Positions 13,935-27,784 of a stretch of 64,000 nt of DNA are shown in pieces. Origin of the DNA: Carcharhinus amblyrhynchos (taxonomy: Eukaryota); contig OZ336872.1 in assembly GCA_965287045.1 (NCBI GenBank), positions 83,824,001 to 83,888,000 on the forward strand, given 5' to 3'. The stretch's first letter is position 1. Each line of letters starts with the position of its first letter. The notes below the pieces were generated by a model that was not told where the DNA came from, did no database searches, and was given only the letters and a program-made list of their open reading frames with translations. Made by a program: the position numbers and the translations under genes.

Positions 13935-14714
13935 GTGAGATGGCATTCATTTCCAGAGGAAACCTTTTTACAAAGCATATACTGTACTCCTAAATTGTCA
14001 ACCGAAGTGGACTTTAAATGCACTGAATTCCTGGTTACCATTTATTTTGCTCAGGCATTGGTGTTATCACATCCTCTTAAGTTCAGATCTTATTTCAGCT
14101 GCATTTAGATTCTGATTTTAATTTCAGTGGGGAATGTATAGACTGTGATTTGTATGACTCAAACACCATGCCCTAGTGCTTTTCCTGGTATGACCCCATT
14201 TTAAGACAGTTTTTAATTGGACCCAGGACCATTCCTGTTCTTGTTATATTTTGTTGGACGTGTGAAAATTTCAAAAATGATCTTAAATATTTGTACTTAA
14301 CATTGCTGCCAGCTGAGTCAGAAAGTACACTAACCTGACAAATTATTATCTTAAACATCACATGCTGATTACAGCTTTCTGTACATAAAATGGACATCAA
14401 CTTCATGTGCCTCAATATTAACAAATAGTTCTTCCCAAAGACTCTTGATCAATGGGATTGATGCAGCATTGATTTTATCACTGGTTGGATTGATATTAAT
14501 AATAGGAACAATGATCAGTGATGGGTTTTTAAAAAACTGGCATTATTGCCTCTGCTACAATTTCTTGATGACCTTTATGAAGTATTACACAAACCATGAC
14601 ATACAGTGCTACATAAATAAATTTGTAATTTGTCTTAGTAGTAATAGCAATCATTTCTTTATTGTGAAGCACCAGCATGGATTTTTAGTAATACTAAATC
14701 TGTTTATGCTGCAG

Positions 14715-14835
14715 GTGTTGCACACAAGGCTTTTGAAAATGATGTTGATGCCTTATTGAACTTGAGAGAGTTTTTTAATTTTATACCTCTGAATAATAAA
14801 GATCCCCCTCCTATCAGGGAGTGTCAGGATCCCTG
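14715..14835 (+). CDS. PCCB: PCCB exon 8
   Basis: 121 nt, AG/GT, phase-compatible; [39 protein letters not shown]. Confidence 0.96.
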
Positions 14836-15399
14836 GTAAGTGAAAGAATCAAGTTTCACATGATATCCTACACTTCAATACAAAATCATAGAAGATTTAA
14901 TACATTACAGTGGTTTGTCAAACTGATTTCCCAGCATTTTAATTGCAGGTTCATGTTCTGATGGGGAATCCATACGATTTGCATAAGTTATAATAGTTTG
15001 TATGTAGATTACAGCTGTTGCATTCTAGATATAAACATCAACTGACCTTAAGGTGGAGCTGTGACCTTTTAGCAGCGTCGTAAAATGCTCATATCCTTAT
15101 AAAATAAGATTGTCCAATTCTTCTATGAGCCTTGAGAAATTTGCTGCTGCATTAATTTTGTTTACCAATCTTCAGAGATGCACAAAATGATGCACACAAT
15201 GAAATTAGAAAGGGAGCATTGATAGTGGCCAGGCAAGTATACCTTACATGTTGAGTTTTATCCAGGGTGTAAATTATGTGATTGACCAAAGAAAAAATGA
15301 ATTTCTAGTAAGTATGGAAAATAAAAATGTAAAGTAGGCGTGGTTGCTTGCAGAGGTCATTAAACATATAACAATTCTGCCAAGACTTCATTTACAGTA

Positions 15400-15965
15400 A
15401 GGGGCTGTGCCATGTAACTGGGGCTGTTGAAATGATTGAACTGAGGTTGACTGATTTTTGTTTCATTAGGTAAGGAATATGAAGGAAAGTCAGGTAAATG
15501 GTGTTGAGGTACAGATTAACCATGATCTAACATAGGGGCTGAGCGGTCCACTGTTTTGCACAAACATACGAATTAGCAGCAGGAGTCGGGTACTTGGCCT
15601 CTCAAGCATGCTGTGCCATTCAGTATGATTATGGCTGATCTGATTGTAACCTCTTGTCAACACCCGATAAACTTTCACTCCTTGTTTATTAAGGATTTAT
15701 CTACTTCCACCTTAAAAATATTCTCAGACTCTGCTTCCATTGCTTTTTGTGGAAGAGAGACTTGCAACCCTCAGAGAAAAGAAAATTCTCCTCATTTTTG
15801 CCTTAAATTATATTTTTAATCAGTGATCCCAGTTCTAGATCCTCCATGAGAGATCACATCTTCTTCACATCCACCCTGTCACTACCCCTCAGGATCTTTT
15901 AAAGTTTCAATCAAGTTACCTCTTATTCTACTACAAGCCTAGCCTGTCCAACCTTTTCTCGTAAG
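15400..15965. mobile_element. Old CR1 3' fragments in both orientations
   Basis: CR1 tail motifs (AGCAGGAGTCGGGTACTTGGCC, CCATTCAGTATGATTATGGCTGATCT). Confidence 0.65.
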
Positions 15966-16059
15966 GCAGTTCTGTGCTGTGATAGTTAAAAGCAAAGACG
16001 TATGTATCAATCTCTCTCTCTTTCTCTCTCTCTCTGTAACCCTCACCTTGTAGATAAAT

Positions 16060-17100
16060 TTCAGACTGATGGGTCCAGAGCTAGCTGTCATGGTGGCAGC
16101 TACTAAGGAGGAGGTGGAGAGAGTCATACGGCCATTGCAAGACCAGCTTGTGGCAGAACCTGCAGAGGGAGGGCAGGAAGTAAGACTGTGATTTCCCACA
16201 GTGGGGAAGGGGGGCTGCAGGAGGATGCTGAGATGGAGGGCTTACGGGACAAGGAGATTCTTATCTGAGGCCACGTGCCTGTGCTGGCAGAGCCAGCGCA
16301 AGGAGATGGTGCAGCATTTGTGAGATGTTCTGGTGGACCTGAGGAGGGGAGGGCACCTGCTTCCAATGGAAGTCAAGGGGAGGGCAGCCCTTAACTTCTG
16401 TGTCACATGATCGTTGTAGGTATGCAGTGGCGACATCTGGAACTTTGCAGGCCTTTGCACACAGATGTGTGTGCTAGTTTGTAGATGCCTTTTACGTTCA
16501 TGCAGGCCAATGCATCAAGTTTGATGTTGGCCAGGGTTGCAGGCTTCGCCATCATCACTGGAATGCCCCATGTGCAGGGGGCTGTGGATAGAACGCACAT
16601 CACCCTGTGTTCCCCGAAAGGTGAAGGGCAACCATTTATCAACAGGAAGGGCTTCCACTCACTAAATCTTGCGGATTGTTTGTTACCACAGGCTGATCAT
16701 TTTGCAGTTGTGCGCATGGCACCCAGGGAGTGTTGTTGACATCTATGTCCTGAGGCGCTCAGACATCCCTGGGCTATTTGAGAGCCAGCCCAGGCTGCCA
16801 GGATGGCTCATGAGGGACAAAGGCTACCTGCTGAGGTCATGACACCAGTGTGGAGGCCTGAAACTGAGGCAGAGACCCACACTGCCACTGAGTCCGTTAT
16901 TGTGCATAGACCTGCTAAAAATGCGGTTTTGGTGGCTGTGCTGCTCTGGAATGCCCTTCAATACAGCCCTGTGTGGGTCTCCTGCATCATCATTGCACAC
17001 CGCACTCTGCACAATATCACGCAGCAGCGGGGAGACAACCCGTTTGAAGGAGGAGGAGAATTGACACTAGTAGAATGTGGAGGAGTAACTGTATGAGGAA
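16060..17100 (+). pseudogene. Decayed PIF/Harbinger DDE transposase
   Basis: GMPHVQGAVDRTHI, FINRKGFHSLN, GWLMRDKGY, MTPVWRPETEAE and LQYSP...LHNI motifs, broken by frameshifts. Confidence 0.88.
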
Positions 17101-17339
17101 CTGGAGGATGGAGGACAGGTGGTGATGATTTGGCAAGGCAGTGTTGCAAGGGATGCTTTAATTGTAGCACGATTCACCTAGATGCTGCAGTGTGGTATGG
17201 CAGATGCCACCACCACCCTCCCACCATACCCCAGGAGATGATGTAGCTGTGCTCCCCTCGATGCCAAGCCCTCGAATGTTCCCACCTCCACCTGATGTGC
17301 ATCAGCAGCTGTGATGTGCTCACCAATAAGTGATCCAGA

Positions 17340-18350
17340 AGCCTCACTGCTAACATGCTGGACTGTCATGATAGTTTGTGTTGTTGATGCTTGCGCTGAT
17401 TCACAACCTCAGGGCTTCCCTCCAAGGTGTTGACTGAGGTGGTCTCAGCAGGAGCAATGGTTTGCGGGATGGGGGGGAGATGGCGACATCCAAAAGGCCC
17501 AGAGCACGGGGATTGTCCCCTCTAAGAAAAGACATATGTTAGCGGAAGGGAAGGAAAAAAGGCGTGGTACCTACTTCAGAGAAGGTCCTAGGAATAACTC
17601 ACTTGCATGCAGATGCCGACCTGGCTGTCTGTGACCATTCTCTGTTTCGTTTCCCCTGCCAGCTCCAGGACTCGCTGCTCAGATCCTGTGACAAGGCGCA
17701 GCTCAGATACTGCACCACCAATTTTCTCCCCCGTCTTGGTGGTTATGTGCAGTTTTCTCCTGTGGGGACATAAAGAGGATTGAAAGCATGATGTATTGGA
17801 GGGCATGAGGGGCAACGCATGTTGAGAATGGGTAATTTCGGGACAATGCCGGCCCACAGTGGAGTACTGATTGGGGAGTTCCACAGGGGTTGAAGGCAGT
17901 GCTGGGGTGGGGGAGTTGGTGCTGTCTGGGGGTAGTTTCACACGGTAAGCACAGCACGTGTACTGGTCTCAGAATGGATGCTCACATGCCGTTGATGCTC
18001 AAAGAAGGTCGTTCATCTTTTTCTGGCATTAGTCCCTGGAACGATGTGCCAGTGCCCTGGCACTTACAGCTGCAACCTCCCAGATGGCATTGGCTGCGTG
18101 ACTTTGACAAGAGCCCTCAGTGGGATTGAGTAGCTGGCGGTTCTCCTCCATAGCATCCAGCAGGCAGGCCTGCTCAGCCTCGGGGAATATGGGAACACTT
18201 CTCCTGTTAGCCACCTTCCTGGTGTGATTGCCTGTGTCCATACCTACAGCCCATATACAGCTCTGCCTTTGCATCTGGACTCCCTGCACATCAGCTTGGG
18301 CCACCCATGGGCCCATTAGTTTTAATTTTGTGATGAATAACATACAGGCA
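17340..18350 (-). pseudogene. Decayed Harbinger Myb/SANT-like accessory gene
   Basis: RSVPIFPEAEQACLLDAMEENRQLL...WEVAAVSA resembles the Myb/SANT-like domain; QEKTAHN...GG segment lies downstream; convergent with the transposase. Confidence 0.7.
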
Positions 18351-18886
18351 ACCTGGTTTCACTAGAGGGTTAGCCATCTCCAACCAAACACAAGGTACTA
18401 TGTTTAGGAGAAGGGGGGGGTGTGTTTGTGTGTGTGGTGAGAATGCTCAAAGGTCTCATTCAACAAGGGGGAATATTGCGTGGCAGCCCAGCGCTCTGTG
18501 TGAAAGGCAGCAGTGATGCCAGCGCTCTGGGTGAACGGGGATGGGGAGGCCAACGATGTCCAGAGTCAGTGACGGTTGGGAGAGGCCAGCAATCTGAATG
18601 CTGGGAGGAATTGTTTAGTGATCTCCCACCATCGGCGCATGTGCGAGGGCCAGCTCAGTGCGCTGATTTCAGCCTCTTCAATGGGAATACATCCACCCAT
18701 CACTTTTCAGCATGATTCACGCTAGTGCATTCTGCAGTGCTCAATATGACAAATTCATTTTGAAAATCTCAATGAAAAAAGTCAGTGGGATTTACTGCAG
18801 TTTTTACGTGAATTTGAGAGTTAAAATTTTTTATGGAGAATCCCAGCCAGCTTTTATTAGGAACAGACTGGTCCGTGGTAAAAGGT

Positions 18887-18983
18887 TGCCCTCTAGTGGC
18901 TGCTGGGGGAAAATATTTTTCTGGTGTCTGACAGTGTGGTATTTTCCCACCACTTATAAGGGAAAGGATGTCACCTAGTGGCC
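18887..18983 (-). promoter_or_regulatory. Two co-oriented CTCF-like motifs
   Basis: Reverse complements GCCACTAGAGGGCA (18887-18900) and GGCCACTAGGTGACA (18969-18983) match the CCASYAGRKGGC core. Confidence 0.5.
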
Positions 18984-19666
18984 ATTTGAGTTGTGCACTC
19001 TTACCAGGTTATGGCTGGAATTTTTGTACAAATGACCCTTTATAACTTTGAAAATAAAGACATTTTTGTAACCATGCACACTGGTAACATAGATGCACAC
19101 TGATTATTCACAAGAAAGGAATAAATATTGGTGGAAATTTGCTGCTGCTCACAGTTGGATCATGCCCACCATCCCAATGGTTGACCTATAACAATTTAAA
19201 GCTGGGAAGAGCGTTAAATGCTTAAAGGTGAGACTTCTGCCTCTTTCTCAGGGCCTTCTGTAGATCTATCTGCACCTGCCATTAGCAGTGGCTGATGGGT
19301 CTGCCTGCCTGGGATGACAGGCAGTCCCATCAGCCCTAAAACCCTGGTAAGTCTGGGATTGCAGGACTGTGAGGAGGAAGTTGGTTGGGCGGGGCGGGGG
19401 GGGATTGGTGGGGGGAAATGTTGTTGGGAAACCAGGTTCAAGAGACCAGGACATAGATTAAAAGGGAAGGGGTGAGGTGTGGTGAGGATCTTGGGTGGAG
19501 GTCTGGGGAGTGTCTCTGAGAATCAGCGAAGGAGGTTCTTCCCCATCCTTTTGCCCTGCTAAAGGCTTCCTGCCTGGTGTGGATCTTGTGGGTCTCTGTG
19601 GATGATTGCATCAACAGCATGCCTTTAAGGGAAACTTGGTTGAGGGATGACACTTTTACCACCATT

Positions 19667-21040
19667 GGTTGCTAGAATCCGTCATCAAAGAAGAAATAGC
19701 GAGGCACCTAGAAAAGAATGGTTTGATCGAGCAGACGCAGCACGGATTTGTTCAGGGGAAGTCATGTTTGACAAATTTATTGGATTTCTATGAGGATGTG
19801 ACTAGTGCGGTAGACAGAGGGGAACCAGTGGATGTGGTGTTTTTAGATTTCCAAAAGGCGTTTGATAAGGTGCCTCACAAAAGGTTGCTACAGAAGGTTA
19901 GGGTGCACAGAGTTGGGGGTATGGTGTTAGCGTGGACAGAGGATTGGCTGTCTAATAGGAAGCAGAGAGTTGGTATCAATGGGTGCTTTTCTGGTTGGCG
20001 GTTGGTGACTAGTGGAGTGCCGCAGGGATCGGTGCTGGGGCCTCAACTATTTACCATTTATATAGATGATCTGGAGGAGCGGGCTGAGTGTAGGGTGATG
20101 AAATTTGCTGATGACACGAAGATGAGTGGAAAAGCAAATTGCGTGGAGGGTATGGAAAGTCTGCAGAGAGATCTGGATAGGCTGAGCGAGTGGGTGAGGA
20201 CCTGGCAGATGGAGTATAATGTTAGCAAATGTGAGGTTATCCACTTTGGCAGAAATAATAGTAGGAGGGATTATTATTTAAAAGGCGAAAAGCTGAAGCA
20301 TGCTACGGTGCAGAGGGACCTTGTGCACGAATTGCAAAAACTCAGTCTACAGGTGCAGCAGGTGATCAAGAAGGTGAATGGAATGTTGGCCTTTATAGTG
20401 AGGGGGATAGAATATAAAAGCAGGGAGGTCTTGCTGCAACTGGACAGGGTACTGGTGAGGCTGCAGCTCGAGTAGTGTGTGCAGTTTTGGTCGTTGCACT
20501 TGCGGAAGGATATATTGGCCTTGGAGGGAGTGCAGAGGAGGTTCATTAGGCTGATACTGGAGATGAGGGGGTTGGCCTATGAAGAGAGACTGAATAGACT
20601 GGGTCTGTACTCGTTGGAGTTTAGAAGAATGAGGGGGGATCTTATAGAGACGAATAAGATAATGAAGGGGATGGATAGGGTAGAGGTAGAGAGATTCTTC
20701 CTGCTTAGAAAGGCTAGCAGGACTAGAGGACACAGCCTCAAGATAAGTGGGGTGGGGGGGGGGGTGTGCAGTTTAGATCAGAGTTAAAGAGGAACCTCTT
20801 CACTCAAAGGGTGGTGAATCTCAGGAATTCTCTTGCCCGTTGAAGTGTTGGAAGCTACCTCGTTGAATATTTTTAAGTCACGGGTAGATAGGTTTCTGAT
20901 AGACAGGGGAATTAAGGGTTATGGGGAGAAAGCAGGAAAGTGGAACTGATCCACTTCAGATCGGCCATGATCTTATTGAATGGTGGGGCAGGCTCGAAGG
21001 GCCAGATGGCCTACTCCTGCTCCTATTTCTTATGTTCTTA
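19667..21040 (+). mobile_element. Young 5'-truncated CR1 LINE
   Basis: 268-aa ORF with [27 protein letters not shown] and KFADD; TTCTTATG tail repeats. Confidence 0.96.
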
Positions 21041-21349
21041 TGCCTTCAGTTGCCTGAGTCCTACACTCTGGGATACCCTCCCTCTACCTCTCTAGCTGGC
21101 TTTTCTCTTTGAGACATTCCTCAAAACCTACCTCTGTGACCGATCCTTTGGCCTATTATCTCCTTTGTGGTTGGGTGTCATACTTTGTTTTATAATGCTC
21201 CTGTAAAGTTCCTTACATGGGCTGTTTCATCACAATATAAATGCAAGTTATTTTCTTCTAAATGTTTTCTTGTGAATGTACCAAGTGTCACAGTCCATTC
21301 TCTCATCATTGTCACAGTGTCAGTATTGCATACTCTACAAGATGCAAAG

Positions 21350-21665
21350 TAGGTTTGTCAAGTTGGGCTGTGTCCTTTGGGGCTTAAAAGAATAGGTGTT
21401 GATCTTTATTGAAATATATTGAACCTGACTTGACAGGGTCAATGCTGAAAGGATGTTACCCCTTGTGGGAGAAACTAGAGCTAGGGTCTCCCATTTAACA
21501 TGAAGGTATTTTTTCTGAGGGTAGTCTGTTGACTGTTCTTTTCCCCCTCAGAGAGGCTGAGTTAGATAGTTTCTTTATGGACAAGGTATATGGGGTAGAC
21601 AGGAAAGTGGAGGCAGAGCAGGCTCAAGGGGCCAAATGCCCTGTTCCTGCTCCGAATTTGTAGCT
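21350..21665 (+). mobile_element. Old CR1 3' fragment
   Basis: Degenerate CR1 3' end. Confidence 0.6.
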
Positions 21666-22963
21666 TTGTATGTACTGTCTGCACTAAACATGATTCTGAA
21701 TTGTAATCCAACAGCATTCATTCAGGGTGATGTACAACCGCTATATACTCATGCTGTGCTTTTTGGGTTGAAGTGGTTCCCATGCTTTGAATGAATTGAG
21801 TATAGTATCATTAGTGTCAAATTGGAACATTCCATTCTAAAGTTAAGTCCAATACATGGATTGATTTGGAGAGGAAGATTGAATGAATGTCTTGCTAAAA
21901 TAAATTAAAACTAGATTAGCAAAAAAATCATTAACTGAGGCCACTTTGTGAAGACCTGAATTTTTTTTGTTCAAAATTGTTGTTGAAGGGAGAGGGTAAA
22001 AGAATTTTTGTGACTTCTTAAATCTGTAGTTGAATATAACTTACAATAGTGAGCATTTAGAAATACATGAGTCATAATCAAGGACAACCAACATGGCATT
22101 GTTAAAGTTAAGTTGTGTTGACGACTTCAATAGAATTTTTCAAAGCAGTAACTAATTTAATAAAGGTTTTGGATGTTCAGGAGCAATTTAATATATTTAA
22201 TGTTGTTAAATATGAGGTAAAACACTTTGAGGTTTGACTGGGAAAAGATAATGGGAACAGTCTTGAGAGACCTAGGGTTCAAGTACTTAGTTCTCTGAAA
22301 GTGGAATTGAAGTTTGATTAAGCTTTTTGTTTTGAAAAAAACATTCTGGGTTCTGTGTGCAGTTTTGTCTGTCTCCTTATAAAAGGTAGTTAATGCCATA
22401 ATGCATGCAATGTAGATCTGCCACGAACAAGGATTGGAAACTTATTATGAAAACTATTCATTGGGACCATTTCCATTGAAGTAGATAAATTAGTGAGGAA
22501 ATTCTGCAGATTTTTAAAAATTATAATTAAAATGACCCCTGAGATTGAGAAGAGGTTAGGAAAATTTTATTTACAGGATTGTTGGAAAATAGAATGCTAC
22601 TCCACAGGAAGTGATTTAGTCAGAGACCATTGTACCTCTCGAGGGCAAATTGGAAAATTATTTGAAACTGATAAAGATACCATTGGGATGGGGATTCGGA
22701 GGGAAAGAGGAGTAGTGGGATTAATTTTAAATCACAGGAGCTAAGAGTGAGCACAGCCGTGAAGCCCTCTTGTGCTGTCAATCTCTGACTCTTGGACCAA
22801 ATTGCTGTTGGTATGTTATGCTGTGAGGAGAAGTCTTAATTTTGAGAATCGTGGTGGATAATCAAGAAGGTTGATCATAGAAATATGAGTAATTAATATT
22901 TCACTGTGCATAGGTGGTTGACAAATATTAAAAATTCTACTTTTGTCCTTTTGCTCCTCAAAG

Positions 22964-23045
22964 TGATCGGTTGGTGCCGAGTCTGGATACAGTGGTTCCT
23001 CTGGAATCCACAAAAGCATATGATATGTTGGATATCATCAGTGCG
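22964..23045 (+). CDS. PCCB: PCCB exon 9
   Basis: 82 nt, AG/GT; [27 protein letters not shown]. Confidence 0.95.
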
Positions 23046-23559
23046 GTAAGATGTTTGATTTAATTTCTCAGTATTCCTGTAAAACACAATACACTCCCAA
23101 AACGCAGGGTGCAAGGTTGTTTGCTGAAGGGATTATATGTTGTTGTCAGATCCTCTCCATACCAAGAGAGGGGAGTTTCCAATTTTTACCTTTTCTGCAC
23201 ATTAGCAAATTGTAAAACAAGTTATGTTTTATCTATAACAGGAGTGGGCCATTCAGCTGCTCAAACGTGTTCTGCTGTCCGTCGATCATGCTTGATCTGT
23301 TTCGTAACTGTATCTACCCACTTTGGTTCCAGAAGCCTTAAAGCCTGATTTCCTAATGAAACTATGTCAGTCTCACTTTTGAAACCTTCAGCATTCTGGC
23401 TTCAATATAGCTTTTTGGGAGACATTTCTTCCACTGCCCTTACGTAAAGATGTGCCTCCTAACATCATTCCTGAACATCGTGGCTTTGATTTCAAGGTTA
23501 TGCACCTATTCTGGAGACCCCACCAAAAAATAGGGTAAATAGAAATAATCTAACAAAGC

Positions 23560-23920
23560 ATGATTGGTATCCCATCCATTCACAGTAAACATAACTGCCA
23601 TCTACAAGATACACGGCAGTAACTCACCAAGGTTCCTTCGACAGCACCTTCTAAACTCTTCAACTTTATCATCTGGAAGATCAAGGGAAGCAGACGCATG
23701 GAAACACTTGTACCCTTTGTTCCCCTCCAAGTCTTGCACATCTTGACTTGAAACTATATTGTTGTTCCTTCAATACAACTGAGTCAAAATTCTAGAATTC
23801 CCTAATAGCATAGTAGGCACACCTATACCAGATGGACTGCAGCAATTCCAAAGAGTATCTTTGAATCATCTTGAGGGCATTTAGGATTGGGAAATAAACG
23901 CTGGCTTGCATCACAAGAAC
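23560..23920 (+). mobile_element. 3' fragment of the LINE family at 5141-6410
   Basis: IYKIHGSNSPRFLRQHL peptide and shared tail. Confidence 0.75.
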
Positions 23921-25129
23921 AAGTTTAAAAAATTCTTTAATATCTGAAGCACTCCAGTTAGATCAAACTTTTAATCTCCTGCATTCAAGCAAATGCAAAC
24001 CTATTTTGTGCAACTCGTCGTCTTAATTTAACCTTGCGTGTGTAAATGCACAAGTGCAATAAATAATATTGGTGAACTGAAGACACAAGTAGTCATGTGG
24101 TTAAGATGTAGTGACTCAAACAAGGAGGGAAATGAACACTTGCATTCATTCTGGAAATATGAGGAAGGCAGTGCTGAGATGAGGCAGGACTCAAAGACTT
24201 GATTTGATAATTAATGGACAATAGAGGAGTTGTTCCTCTGCTCGGTTTACACCATCAGCCAGTAAGGGCTGAATTCTCCCATTTTGAGACTGAGTGCAAT
24301 GATAGGTGCAGAAATGTGGAGTGTTTCCTGCTGCAGAGGCTGGCAGGAAAGCACGTCAAATATTTCAGCCTCATTCTTATTAATTATGCACCCAAGTGTT
24401 CACACCATATTCAGTGGCAGGGCAGGCCTGGAGGATGCATTGGCCGCTCTCCTGTCTGGAAGCCATATTGAAAAGGTGTACAACATCACTGACCCATTAT
24501 TGAAGAAAGAAGATGGACCACCTGAAAATGAAGATAGATCTCCAGGAGCACTCTGAGACTGGGCAGTGGACCACCTGAGAACAAAGGTGGACATTCTGAG
24601 CCTGTAAGATGGACCTTCAGGGCATCCAATCTGGAAGAGTCCAGATTAGATGCCCTGACCCTGACCACTGCTGTGGTGTTCCACGGTTACTCCATCATGA
24701 ATTCTGGAGACGATCTCAACCAATGTTCAGCTGAGTCATGACACCTGCACACCATGTTGTTCCAAACGTATTTCACACCAGTGTGTTTTCATGCCAGCAT
24801 CAAAGAGAATCTGGCATGGGGACCGTGCCTCCATCTGCATCCCATTAATTGGAGGAGAACCTTTTGGTCAAAGTATCTCTAATGAGGAAATTAACAGCGC
24901 TGAATCTTATTTCAGGGAATGAAGATTAAGTGGAGCATGTTTCAGTTGGAGGGCATTTGATCATCATCGTAGCCTAAATTTTGCAGTTTGTGGTGGAGGA
25001 ATGTTGAGTGGGCTTTCCAGCAATCTGCCATTTGATCCAGTGTACCAAACCCCTCTTAGGTCATCTGTTCAATCAGTCAATCAGATTGAAGAATCTTCAC
25101 TGAGATGCACACTGCAAAAGCAGAAAATA

Positions 25130-25705
25130 CTGTATGGGGCACTGGTGAGGCAGCAACTGGAGTACTGTGTGCCGTTTTGGTCCCCATATTTGCGGAAGGA
25201 TATATTAGCCTTGGAGTGAGTACAAAGAAGGTTCACCGGGCTGATACTGGAGATGAGGGGGTTAGCTGTAGACTGGGTCTGTACTCGTTAGAGTTTGGAA
25301 GGCTGAGGGGGGATCTTATAGAGACTTACAAGATACTGAAGGGGCTAGATAGGGTAGAGGTAGAGAGATTCTTCCCGCTTAGAAAGGATAGCGGAACTAG
25401 AGGGCTCAGCCTCAAAATATGGCCGGGGTCGGGGGGGCAGTTTAGAACGGAGTTGAGGAGTAACTTCTTCGCTGAAAGGGTGGTGAATCTCTAGAATTCT
25501 CTGCCCCTTGAAGTGGTGGAGGCTACCTCATTGAATATATTTAAGTCACGGGTGGATAGATTTCTGATAGACAAGGGAATTAAGGGTTATGGGGAGAAAG
25601 TGGGAAAGTGGAACTGATTCACTTCAGATCAGCCATGATCTTATTGAATGGCGGGACAGGCTCAAAGGACTAGATGGCCTACTCCTGCTCTTATTTCTTA
25701 TGTTC
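25130..25705 (+). mobile_element. CR1 3' fragment (same family as 19667 and 27785)
   Basis: ALVRQQLEYCVPFWSPYLRKDI and LYSLEFGRLRGDLIETYKI; same tail. Confidence 0.93.
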
Positions 25706-25899
25706 GTGTGTTCAGGGGAAGTTGAGCTTCTAAACCCTTGCACTGGAATTTCAAGAGGAATTCCCTGACAAATCATTGGGGTAACACCCCACATCCATGA
25801 TGCTGGGGAGCCAGGCAATTGTGGGCCAGAAAAATTAAAATGAGTTGTAAAACAAAGCTTATGATAAGAATTCATAATTCATCAAAGAACCAAGCTGAT

Positions 25900-27360
25900 A
25901 ATGAAAAACACAAGTGAGAATTGAAAAAAAATTAATGGGGCAAACAAAGAAGAGTGGATATGAGAATAAATTACCCAAAATTTGTAAACTTAAAGGAAAT
26001 ATAGGGGCAATAGGGGACCAAAAGGAAGATTTTGTGATGGCAGAGAATGTGGCTGAAGTATTAAGTTCTGTGCATTTGTCTTCGCTAGAGATGACTCTGC
26101 CAATGTCATAGTAATTTGGGAAACTTGAGTTGGATAAAAATTAATAGAGGAAAAACTTGAGGTTGGTGGGGCTCAAATCAAAAAGTCACTTTGTAAGATG
26201 CATTTAAAATTGCTGAATTGTAGGGGAACTGGTCATGATCTTTCAATCCTCCTTGAAATGGGAGTGGTGCCAGAGGTTTGGAGGATTTCAGATCTTGCAT
26301 CCCTGTTCAAAAATGGGGAAGAGAGAAACTTGACAACTACAGAACACTCAGCCTGAAATAAGGAAGCTTTTAGAGGCTATAAGCTGGGAGAAAATTACTT
26401 AACAGTTGAAAGCGTAAAAAGTATAAATGAAGCTATCATAGATTTGTTAACGACAAATCATATTTGATTAACTTGATTTTCTAAATGAATGACCGAATGT
26501 TGATGTTTGGTGCAAACTGTCAGATTTTATTAACTACCCCACATAATAGACCAATTTGAAACCTATTGGGTAAAAGGAGCAGTTGCTGGGTGGAGCAGTA
26601 ATGAACAGTTGTTTTTCAGATCAAAGAGAGTGTGCGTTTGTGTTCCCCCGGGGTCAGTCTTCGGACCAGGGCTCATTTTTGATTTTTTTTTTGTTTTATT
26701 AATGACCTTGCGTAATTTTAAAGTTTGTAGAAGAGTTGAAATTCAGAAATGTGGTAAACTGAGAGGACAATAGGAACAGCCTACAGGAAGAAGTATATAT
26801 TGGTGCAATGGGTAGACACGTGGCAGATGAAATTTGAAGTCATTTGGTACGTAGTTTGAAAAGAGGCAACTTAAGCTAAATGGTACAATATTGAAACCAA
26901 TGCAGGAAAAAAGGACCTGGGAATGGACATACATAAACAAATCAAGAAGGCTGTGAGAAAGGCATTGAGTACAAAAGCAAGAAAATCACAAACCTTTATT
27001 CAAAAAAAAATGATTAGGCTGATTCTAGGCACCATTGTTTAGGAAGAATGTTGAGGCCTGAAAGAGCGAAGAGGAAATACTTGAATGATACCAGGGATGA
27101 TCTTATTCAAGGCTGGGTTTGACAGATCTTAGACCTGCAAGGAAGGCAAGGATTATCATGAACAAGCAGGAAAGTGGCAGAGCAGACTCAGTGGCCTACT
27201 CCTTTCTTTATTCTTATGAAGGATTTAAGTTGTGTGGAAATACTAGAGGTGCTGGGATTGTTAACTTTGGTAAAATGAAGATATCGGGGGATTTGATAGA
27301 GGTGCTCAAAATCATGAGGTTTTGGTAGAGTAAATAAGGCGAAAATGTTTCCAGTGACAG
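25900..27360 (+). mobile_element. Old, heavily decayed CR1 LINE
   Basis: Scattered RT motif remnants (e.g. GTTCCCCGGGGTCAGTCTTCGGACC, encoding a VPQGSVLGP-like segment). Confidence 0.65.
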
Positions 27361-27784
27361 AAGGGTCAGCAACCAACCAGAGGGCACAGATTAATAGTAA
27401 TTGATGATAAACTAGAGACAGTAAGAGACATGATGATCTGGGGTGGTGGAAGCAGATCAATAACTTTGTGGGGGTGAGGGTAAGAGCATAAAAATGGCAT
27501 GAATTGGATAGCTGTCCTTTCGTGATGCATCTTTGTGTGAACTCATTTAATACATTTATCATTCTGGTCAATCTGCTGTGCCCCTTCCATAGCCAATATA
27601 TTCTTCTTAAGTTGCGATGCCCAGAACTGCAAGCAGTATCCAGATGTGATCTAAACAAAGCTCTGCACAGTTGCAATATAACTTCAAGCTCTGTTCAGAT
27701 GAAGAACAATGTTAAGTTACTGGAAAGACTTTCACCTTATTTACTCTACCAAAACCAAAAGATTTTGAACATCTCTACCAAGTC

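Larger units (their letters stand above)
15985..18848. mobile_element. PIF/Harbinger DNA transposon relic in PCCB intron 8
   Basis: Two convergent genes plus the right terminus GGAGAATCCCAGCC; left terminus not found. Confidence 0.8.

Noticed and set aside
16060-17100. Domesticated HARBI1-like gene
   Set aside because: Multiple frameshifts and stops, and it remains embedded in transposon structure
19669-20475. Novel standalone reverse transcriptase system (retron- or DGR-like)
   Set aside because: The motifs and 3' tails are ordinary CR1 LINE ORF2, and the copies are 5'-truncated
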